IMG/VR virus record: IMGVR_UViG_3300046526_000553
Span: 1-64,000 of that record
Strand: one strand, 5' to 3'
Source of the DNA: a virus
Taxonomy: Duplodnaviria; Caudoviricetes
Length of the DNA: 64,000 nucleotides
Numbering within the stretch: position 1 is the stretch's first letter; every line of letters begins with the position of its first letter. Shown in pieces: positions 28,451-35,761 of this stretch. Below the pieces are notes generated by a model, which saw only the letters and a program-made list of their open reading frames with translations, searched no databases and was not told where the DNA came from. Both the position numbers and the translations under genes were made by a program.

Positions 28451-29416
28451 TTAAGAAGATATACGATATCTCTTCCAGATATTTAATAAGTTCAATGAAT
28501 CGGGGTGGTCTTGTAATTGACGGCGCAAAGTCAAGTCAAATTGAATCTGGTAATCTCCAGCTTTCTCCATATGTAATCCGCCTGCTCGGCGAAGATTATA
28601 CATGATAGCACAGATATCCAATGTAGCTAATTGAATATCGGCTGGGACTCCAATATAACCATAGTAATAAGAAACTAGAATTGTTTGATAACCGGCAGCT
28701 ATCGACCCGTAAAATGAATTATCATTATCACCAGAATACGCTGCCGAATCATATGAATTGAAGTATGCTCCACCCAAAATTATACGTCCGTCATCCCTTG
28801 GTACATATTGTGTGTGGTCAAGTAATACAGGCTGGGCAATATTCCGCAGACCAATATATAATGTATCCACACTCCGTAAATCGGTATTCGGAGTAAAGAT
28901 AGTTTTACCCACCAACCCGTCAAACTGCTTCTGTTTCACATATTTATAGTTCTGGACATAATTACCAATATAGCCTAGATAGGTACTACCTCCAGCTGGC
29001 AGGGCTTGGGTGTTTGTGGGGGATAGCGTTCCTTTAGAAACACTAGTATCAACCGTAACCTGAGTCGGTGTTAGCACATTAACTATTTTAAAGACACCAT
29101 TGAATGAGGGATTGTTGAACCCGAAGCAACTGATATTCTGGTTCAGGACAAATGGAATAGCCCCCATGGTCGTGACTGTTAATAACGAACCTGAAACCGA
29201 AAAGTTTATAACTGCTATATTATCTGAATTAGAATAGTCGGTATCAGGGCTATCACCGGGGTCTCCCCAGCCGAAACTTCGTTGCGTGAAAGTGTCAACA
29301 AAACGCTGAACGCCTGATATTAAAGTTGTCAAATAGACATCTTGACTGTTATCGCTATCAGATAATTTTAAATAAGATTTTAGTGTGGATAAATCAGTAT
29401 ATTGTGCTTGTGCCAT
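28451..29416 (-). CDS. Head-tail adaptor (gp6/gp15-like) with inserted beta domain
   Basis: YT.L..LK.YL....D..L..LI; Y..GY..VP.DI..A; GDY. Confidence 0.85.
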   Translation of the reverse strand: MAQAQYTDLSTLKSYLKLSDSDNSQDVYLTTLISGVQRFVDTFTQRSFGWGDPGDSPDTDYSNSDNIAVINFSVSGSLLTVTTMGAIPFVLNQNISCFGFNNPSFNGVFKIVNVLTPTQVTVDTSVSKGTLSPTNTQALPAGGSTYLGYIGNYVQNYKYVKQKQFDGLVGKTIFTPNTDLRSVDTLYIGLRNIAQPVLLDHTQYVPRDDGRIILGGAYFNSYDSAAYSGDNDNSFYGSIAAGYQTILVSYYYGYIGVPADIQLATLDICAIMYNLRRAGGLHMEKAGDYQIQFDLTLRRQLQDHPDSLNLLNIWKRYRISS

Positions 29417-29439
29417 TCTAGATAATGCCCTCTATCCCA

Positions 29440-29469
29440 ATTGTAGAGAGTTTCCACTACCTTTGTCAC
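29440..29469 (-). promoter_or_regulatory. 18-bp-spacer promoter GTGACA-N18-TACAAT
   Basis: Direct reading upstream of the adaptor gene. Confidence 0.7.
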
Positions 29470-29478
29470 CTCTAATGA

Positions 29479-29901
29479 CTAATTCTTACGAGGTCGCCCA
29501 CGCCCACGCTTTTCAGTAGAGTCAACTTTATCGTCTGATGCAGTCAATACTTTTTCAAACTCAGTGGTTGGCTCTTCGCCTTTCGGTGTGGCGATAGTTT
29601 CGACATCTTCCTCATAATCTTCTTCATCAGCTAGTTCAGGGTGCAAGCGAAACAATAGCTTCTGTTTTTCCTCATCGTTCAATGTGCCATTGACGAGCTG
29701 TAAGTGTTCATCCCCCGCTTGGTTATATAACCGTACTTTCGGATAGAAAACTTGCCCGAATTCATCTTGCATATTAACATTCAATAGTTTTCTAGCAATG
29801 TCTTCTGGAACTTGAAATATTTCATTAGCTCTATAAGGACGTAATATTTCAGTTGTCACTAATGTAACCATTTTTGGTTTCGATTTAGAACGTGCTGCCA
29901 C
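29479..29901 (-). CDS. Capsid-associated small protein with acidic tail and C-terminal AT-hook-like motif
   Basis: GTG start with GGAGG; ends KRGRGRPRKN. Confidence 0.65.
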   Translation of the reverse strand: MAARSKSKPKMVTLVTTEILRPYRANEIFQVPEDIARKLLNVNMQDEFGQVFYPKVRLYNQAGDEHLQLVNGTLNDEEKQKLLFRLHPELADEEDYEEDVETIATPKGEEPTTEFEKVLTASDDKVDSTEKRGRGRPRKN

Positions 29902-30022
29902 GTGTTTACCCTCCGTTATGTTGTAAAGGGCATTGTATACTCAATCGGAAATAAAATCAAATTTATTTAATAGTTGGCAATTATCCCTTGACGACATATA
30001 TAATGGGCGTATAATAAGAGGT

Positions 30023-30526
30023 ATGAACGACAAATTTACTGTAAGACAATTCAATTATCGCTTTCCAACAGAGGACGCATGCTTAGAAGAATTGAAGGTA
30101 AAACGCTTTGGTGAACGGCTGAATTGTCCAAAATGTGGTAAAAATAGTCCATTTTATAAAGTCAAAGGTCGCAAATCTTATCAATGCCCATACTGCCGTC
30201 ATCAAATTTACCCGACTGCCGGTACAATATTTCACAAGAGTACGACGCCATTAAAAGACTGGTATTACGCTATCTACCTGATGACGCAAACACGCTCCGG
30301 TATGAGCGCAAAACAGCTCGAACGTATGCTTGGCGTCACATACAAAACTGCTTTTCGTATGTATCATCAAATCCGTAAGGTTATGGGCGATGACGGTGAG
30401 TTGCTAAGTGGCGAAGTCGAGATTGACGAAATGTACGTCGGCCCAACTCCAAGTCGCCGTTCAACTGCTAAGGCTTGGCAAAAAGAAATAGTGTTTGGCG
30501 CTGTCGAGCGCGGCAGTCTTAAATGA
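30023..30526 (+). pseudogene. Truncated IS1595 transposase
   Basis: CPKCG..YQC..C, TAGTIFH.S, LGVTYKTA, VEIDE.Y, FG.VER, then stop; lacks the remaining catalytic D and E. Confidence 0.9.
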
Positions 30527-30551
30527 CCAACTCATAGTAGTTAAGGTTCAT

Positions 30552-30658
30552 AAAGAAAACTGCCCCGCAGCGATAGCAACGGAGCAAGTTTTAGAATAGA
30601 TTTTATGGCTACTTGTGCTAGGCAACGAGTAGCTATTTTAATGTCCCACGATTAAGAC
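30552..30658 (-). ncRNA. Candidate ~105-nt three-hairpin RNA inside the IS
   Basis: TTGACA-N17-TATTCT (30690-30662); hairpins GTCTTA/TGGGAC and GCTACT/AGTAGC, then a GC-rich hairpin plus U-tract. Confidence 0.5.
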
Positions 30659-30676
30659 ACTAGAATAGCAACTTGT

Positions 30677-30805
30677 TTACTTCTTGTCAATATTCTTAGC
30701 AGCTTTATTAAGCACCTTATCAAAATCAGCTTTGGCTCCGCTGCGGCCGCCAGCTTTTATAAACAACTTTAATTTCTTGTCGGTTAACTTTTTAGTTCCA
30801 GCCAT
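30677..30805 (-). CDS. Small basic IS passenger protein (42 aa)
   Basis: RBS GAGGG; MAGTKKLTDKKLKLFIKAGGRSGAKADFDKVLNKAAKNIDKK. Confidence 0.6.
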   Translation of the reverse strand: MAGTKKLTDKKLKLFIKAGGRSGAKADFDKVLNKAAKNIDKK

Positions 30806-31007
30806 ATAGTTACCCTCTTCCTATATGCCATTTGTCGCGAAAAGTAGATGTGTGTACATGTACGGATTACGTAACCTTACGTTAAACGTACATTAACTTA
30901 AGTATACACACGCCCTGCAAACAGCACAAGCATTATCACTATGTAAGTTTATTAGCATTAAAACGACACTAACGTATTACTTATATATGTTCTGAAGGTA
31001 CAATTGC

Positions 31008-31337
31008 CTAATAGTTTGTTTCTTTATCTCTTAGAAGGTCTATCTCCTCCATGGTGAGATGCTTCACGGGCAATACTTCTCCGAATTCAATTTTTTCGAA
31101 TAATTCATGAGCAAAAACAAAGAAAGCATCTTGACTTTCTGGAGAATAATAAGCCGTTATAAATATTGAATTAGGTGGAATCCCATCCATAACTTCCAAT
31201 CTCGAAGAGCCACTTGGTCGTAATAACTGACGTGCAATCACTTCTATATCGACCGGTACCCTGACCAATCGGCGCTGACCAACTAATAACTTTCTTCTAT
31301 CCGGTTTTGGTTTCCTTGGGTATGCATTGTCGTTCAT
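31008..31337 (-). CDS. Hypothetical protein
   Basis: 109 aa, leaderless after TATGAT; the IS is inserted in its stop codon. Confidence 0.65.
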   Translation of the reverse strand: MNDNAYPRKPKPDRRKLLVGQRRLVRVPVDIEVIARQLLRPSGSSRLEVMDGIPPNSIFITAYYSPESQDAFFVFAHELFEKIEFGEVLPVKHLTMEEIDLLRDKETNY

Positions 31338-31394
31338 TCATACATCATAGCATGAAAACTTGACGACGGCTATTCGGTTTGTTAGTGTATCTCA

Positions 31395-31578
31395 ATGGGG
31401 GTACTTAATGGCAACCGTCGGGTCCTTAAGCCGCTTAATAAATAACGGGTTATAACTGTTACTTAGTCCCATGGTACTTGAGCTTTTCAGGCCAACTAGC
31501 TCAAGGCTCGTAAATGGAAAAGCCGAGGATAACATCGAACCCTGCTGGGAGACTTCATGGTTGGATGCCTCGGCTTTT
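31395..31578 (+). ncRNA. Candidate ~185-nt structured RNA upstream of the mom-like gene
   Basis: TTGACG-N17-TAGTGT; multibranch ATGGG/CCCAT, CTTGAGCT/AGCTCAAG, terminal AAAAGCCGAGG/CCTCGGCTTTT. Confidence 0.55.
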
Positions 31579-31595
31579 GTGTTAATATTAAATAC

Positions 31596-32537
31596 ATGAG
31601 CGGTAGTGATGTAATAGAAGCATTGTCCTTATTCCATGAGGAAAGTGGCGGTGCAAATCCGACCTTACCGCACCAAAACGGATATGATAAAGCTTATAGC
31701 TGGCAGTATGCAATAAGATTAGCCAATAGAGAGGCTGATTTATTCTGGTCTGGTTTAACGAAAGAATATACTCAGACCTTAACGACAAAAGATTTTATAT
31801 TTAAAACCCTATCGACCGATGCACAAAAGAAACAAGCTATAAATTTTATCAAAAATCATGAATGGTTGGGTAACATATCTCAGTTCACAACCCATTGGTT
31901 CGGAGCTTATCATAAAAATATCCTAGCTGGTGTCATTTTAATGAATATGCCGAATGCATTCAGCAAATTGATGGGAGAAGATACCCGTAAGATTGAAAGG
32001 TTAATTAGCCGAGGCGCTTGTATATCTTGGTCGCCACCCAATTTAGCTAGTAATTTTATGATGTGGTGTATAGGTTATATGGCAAAGAATACCCCATATA
32101 GGTTATTTACAGCTTATGCAGACATAGAAGCTAAAGAGCTTGGGACAATTTATCAAGCCTGTAACTTTTATTATCTAGGGAAAAACGCTGGTACCTCCAC
32201 TAGATATATCAATCCTTATACCGGTAAGATTGTATCTGACAGGTTCTTTAGAGTGAGGAGTGCTTATAAGAAATATGCTCAGGAATTAAAGATAACTTGG
32301 CAGAAGAACTGGAGTAATGACCAACGGATGTTATGGGAGAATATACCAGATGATATCGAAAAACAATTACGGGATTTTAGTAAGATGAAACAGTTAGGGG
32401 CTGAAAAGATTGTTATGCCCTCTAAGCATAAATATGCTTATGTGTTAGGGGCGAATAGGAAAGAGACTAAACTTTTGAGGGAAATGTTTCTGGAGCGGAA
32501 TCGGGTTTACGAATATCCGAAGGTTCGGGGGAGTTAA
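31596..32537 (+). CDS. Mom-like (GNAT-fold) DNA modification protein
   Basis: FI..H.WLG, GA.....LAGV, E..R.A......NLAS, AYAD....GTIYQA.NF.YLG, K.KY.Y.L; likely start MSGSD. Confidence 0.8.
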   Translation: MSGSDVIEALSLFHEESGGANPTLPHQNGYDKAYSWQYAIRLANREADLFWSGLTKEYTQTLTTKDFIFKTLSTDAQKKQAINFIKNHEWLGNISQFTTHWFGAYHKNILAGVILMNMPNAFSKLMGEDTRKIERLISRGACISWSPPNLASNFMMWCIGYMAKNTPYRLFTAYADIEAKELGTIYQACNFYYLGKNAGTSTRYINPYTGKIVSDRFFRVRSAYKKYAQELKITWQKNWSNDQRMLWENIPDDIEKQLRDFSKMKQLGAEKIVMPSKHKYAYVLGANRKETKLLREMFLERNRVYEYPKVRGS

Positions 32538-32578
32538 AATCATTATATAGTTTTAATGCTCTTACCTTGGCAGGAAGA

Positions 32579-32821
32579 TTAACGTATTGCAGTTTTATCA
32601 AAACTCATTATTATCTTCCCTATGTTGATGTTTTTGGGGTCAAGCGGGTTAAATGGTCTATGAAATAATACATCCATCGATTCTTTAACTTCAAATGCAG
32701 GTCTACATGGACAATTCAAAGATGTAATGTGGTCTAGACCACTACCCGCATCTGGAGGGATTAACTCAAATACATCACTTTCAATCGTTCCGTCTTCTAA
32801 AATTCTAACGTTGCCTACCAT
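32579..32821 (-). CDS. Small hypothetical metal-binding protein
   Basis: H....CPC.P...H; RBS GGAG. Confidence 0.6.
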   Translation of the reverse strand: MVGNVRILEDGTIESDVFELIPPDAGSGLDHITSLNCPCRPAFEVKESMDVLFHRPFNPLDPKNINIGKIIMSFDKTAIR

Positions 32822-32823
32822 TA

Positions 32824-33402
32824 TTATTCTCCTCTCCTATTCTTTTCCCATTGTTCGAATTCTGGATAAGTTTCTAAAGGTTTTGTGGGACGGCCTAAAA
32901 ACCAACCACGCTGTCTATTTAATTCATTATGTAGTTTGATATGTTCTGAACGGGTCATGACTTGTAGGTTACGTTCATCATTATCTGTTTTGATTTCATT
33001 TTTATGGTGAACAACCTCATCAGGATTTAATTTACGACCAATCATTTGTTCGGCAATAACTATATGTTCAGGTGTGTATTTACCATTCACCTTTATTTCT
33101 TTATAGCCTTTACTGTTCAAAAACCATCCTCTTTTGTAGACCCAAGGGGAGCCTTCTCCCTGTCTATCTATACTCTGTTGTTTATACATATGTTCACTGG
33201 AACAATATACTTTTTTATGCTTTAACCTACTGGGGATACATTCCCCCTCAATACCACAATAGGCACAGTTGAATTTAACTTTGTTTCTTTTTACTAATCC
33301 CATGCATTTAGTTGAACATGTTTTAGCGTCAAGACGATTATACCAAGGGTGGAATGGCTCATTACATCCTTCACAAATATTCCAAATCTCAGCTCGTCTC
33401 AT
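32824..33402 (-). CDS. HNH endonuclease with Zn ribbons
   Basis: EH..IAE..IGR.L...EVVHHKNE.K.DN...NL. Confidence 0.9.
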   Translation of the reverse strand: MRRAEIWNICEGCNEPFHPWYNRLDAKTCSTKCMGLVKRNKVKFNCAYCGIEGECIPSRLKHKKVYCSSEHMYKQQSIDRQGEGSPWVYKRGWFLNSKGYKEIKVNGKYTPEHIVIAEQMIGRKLNPDEVVHHKNEIKTDNDERNLQVMTRSEHIKLHNELNRQRGWFLGRPTKPLETYPEFEQWEKNRRGE

Positions 33403-34316
33403 TTATCGGCTCCATTCCAGCGACCAGCTTTTTTAACATTGCCATAATGTAATTTTGTATGGTCAGCCTTACTGAGAACTATCAGATTATTGATATCGTT
33501 GTTAAGCTTATCACCATCAAGATGGTGTACTTCTTCGTTTTTAGCAAGCTTACGACCAAGATGTTGTTCCATAATATAACGATGTTCAAGGTACTTTTTC
33601 CTATCAACCGTTATAACCTTATAGCCATTACTATCAATATAACCTCCCTTATACCAGGGGGTGCCTGCACCACGGCGTTCTTCGCTGAATTTTTTATACT
33701 TACATTCATTTGAACAAAATCTAACATTATGACTTTTAGCTTCACTGGTCTTTACCTCAAACTTCTTACCACAAGTATCACAGATAAATCCTATATATGT
33801 TCTCTTGGCTACCCCAGCACATGCCACAGAACAATAGATTGCCTTTGCTTTTTTGGGAAAAAATTCTTTACCACATTCATCATTTTGGCATATATGTGGC
33901 TGTTTATGATGTATGTATTTCATCTCTGCTATCTTACGAGCCTCTACAGCTTCCTCAAGTATTTTAAAACTACCAAGCTGGATTACTTCACCATTCACCT
34001 CAATTTTAGATAAGAACCTATCATAGTTGTGGGCATGTGTAACACCAACGATACCTGTTTTATTGAGAATCGAAGGTGTATTTCTCTTCGACCGTCTTAT
34101 AGGATGTATGTTTTCCCAATTGGGGATATCATTATATCGTGGATTTTTATGATATTTTTTAGCACTATGATTCCAAGCGATAGCTGCATCTAATTCAGTA
34201 TCATATGTACCAATATTTAACTTTCTACCATTATTAATAGTCATGGATGATTCATAACCATCACTATTATGAGCTTTTCTTACGCCTTTCCACTTACTTT
34301 TGATTGCCATATACAA
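33399..34316 (-). CDS. AP2-domain plus HNH endonuclease
   Basis: IG.YDTE.DAAIAWN and LGSF...EEAV.AR AP2 units; EHRYIME..LGR.L...EEVHH.DG.K.NN. Confidence 0.9.
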   Translation of the reverse strand: MYMAIKSKWKGVRKAHNSDGYESSMTINNGRKLNIGTYDTELDAAIAWNHSAKKYHKNPRYNDIPNWENIHPIRRSKRNTPSILNKTGIVGVTHAHNYDRFLSKIEVNGEVIQLGSFKILEEAVEARKIAEMKYIHHKQPHICQNDECGKEFFPKKAKAIYCSVACAGVAKRTYIGFICDTCGKKFEVKTSEAKSHNVRFCSNECKYKKFSEERRGAGTPWYKGGYIDSNGYKVITVDRKKYLEHRYIMEQHLGRKLAKNEEVHHLDGDKLNNDINNLIVLSKADHTKLHYGNVKKAGRWNGADK

Positions 34317-34333
34317 CCTTTTCTTATTGAGAT

Positions 34334-34390
34334 GGTCGTATGAATGCTCTATACTTGAGATATAGAGCGCTGCTACGACCAGCGCTCTTT
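34334..34390 (-). promoter_or_regulatory. Two-state structured 5' leader of the HNH operon
   Basis: AGAGCGCTG/CAGCGCTCT hairpin versus GGTCGTA..GCTCTATA/TATAGAGC..TACGACC; follows TTGACA-N17-TACAAT. Confidence 0.55.
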
Positions 34391-34560
34391 TAATTTACCT
34401 TTTAATTGTACATGAGTGGGGCAACAATGTCAAGTACTTATTTAAATTAAGCTATAAAAGTTGTATTTTTATCAATTCGCTCACAACACTTCTAGTGCTA
34501 GAACGGTTAATTTTTTATGACAATTTTCACTAATTTTTACATTATTTTGAGTCATTGTAT

Positions 34561-34594
34561 AAAAAATAAGGCTCCTTATTTTGAGAAGCCTTAT
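34561..34594 (-). terminator. Intrinsic terminator after the major capsid gene
   Basis: ATAAGGCTTCT-loop-AGGAGCCTTAT-TTTTT. Confidence 0.85.
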
Positions 34595-34615
34595 CTGTTA
34601 TTTCTATATTATATA

Positions 34616-35734
34616 CTAAACAGTCACTGCTGTCAACTGGGCAAACCCATCCACCGCGCTGAGCTGACCATCTAAACGTTCACCCACCTTGACAGCTGCC
34701 CTGTGTTGGGCAAACGATGTACCTTCCTGCGTTGATATCTCCGAGAAAATCTCTTCACGGTCACCAATCACATAGTAATTAAGGTCACCGAAGTAAACTT
34801 CCGAAGCAGTTCCACCAACACCAAGGTTAGTAGGAATATCATTCTGCACAAGCACTGGTACACCAAGTAAATTAGGTGTTCCACCCGGAGTACGGAATGC
34901 CATACCGTAACCATCTTGGTATAGGTATTGGTTTTGGCTATCTTTCAGCTTACGAACAATTGCCAGTGTCAGGTCATTAAACAACCACACAGGATTGCCC
35001 TGTACACGATACTGATATGGAAGTGCATGGTAAAGTGTAATCAAGTCATCACCTGTTAGGTGAGCACCTGCCTGAACATTCGTGTGTGTATAGGTATATT
35101 GTCGAAGACCTTTCGGCTGACCAGCACCAGAACCTGTCATGAATGCTGAATCTTCAACCCGTCCAATGCTCTTTGCAAACCGTTGCATAACGAGGTCTGT
35201 TAGACCGACGTTAATGGCGGAGTCAAGTAGCAACTGGCGTGACATTCTAGAAATGCCGATAAGGTTGTTCACAGCCAATACGATTTGGCTAAAGACCATA
35301 TCACTCTGTGTAATAGTGGCAAGTTCAGCTGTCCAGTTAGCAGTTACCGTAGCAGCTTCAACTGGTACTTCCATCTTATCGCTCGACATCGGAAGTACAG
35401 TACAATTCGGTCGGATGACTGGAAGCTTATATAGAAGCTCAATCAGCGTTCCAGAGAATTCTAGAGGCGTTAGGAAACCACCAGCTGAGTTTGTACCTTC
35501 ACTGAGGTCTTTAGTATATTGTGCACCTTTGCCTTCCGAAATATTAACCAAATCAGCTAAGAAGCCACCAATGACTTGTTTAGCTTGCGGGTTTGAACGG
35601 TGTGGGGCATCGGATAGGTGTTTGTCAAAAATAGCTTTGCGTTCAGCCTCATCAGCACCTGATTTTTCGGCTTCACGGGCTTCAAGAGCTGCACTAACAG
35701 CAGCCTTCTTGAGCTCTTCAAGAGTCTGTCCCAT
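34616..35734 (-). CDS. Major capsid protein (HK97 fold)
   Basis: GGFL.P, W.AE, F.TG.G.GQPKG, LKD..QYL, LLG.PV, FGD..Y, R.DG. Confidence 0.97.
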   Translation of the reverse strand: MGQTLEELKKAAVSAALEAREAEKSGADEAERKAIFDKHLSDAPHRSNPQAKQVIGGFLADLVNISEGKGAQYTKDLSEGTNSAGGFLTPLEFSGTLIELLYKLPVIRPNCTVLPMSSDKMEVPVEAATVTANWTAELATITQSDMVFSQIVLAVNNLIGISRMSRQLLLDSAINVGLTDLVMQRFAKSIGRVEDSAFMTGSGAGQPKGLRQYTYTHTNVQAGAHLTGDDLITLYHALPYQYRVQGNPVWLFNDLTLAIVRKLKDSQNQYLYQDGYGMAFRTPGGTPNLLGVPVLVQNDIPTNLGVGGTASEVYFGDLNYYVIGDREEIFSEISTQEGTSFAQHRAAVKVGERLDGQLSAVDGFAQLTAVTV

Positions 35735-35761
35735 TATAATTTCCTTAAAGTAGTAATTTTA

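Larger units (their letters stand above)
29976..31008 (+). mobile_element. IS1595-family element, internally deleted (1033 bp)
   Basis: Imperfect 28-bp TIRs GGCAATTATCCCTTGACGACATATATAA / GGCAATTGTACCTTCAGAACATATATAA (23/28); 8-bp TSD TAATAGTT at 29968-29975 and 31009-31016. Confidence 0.92.
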
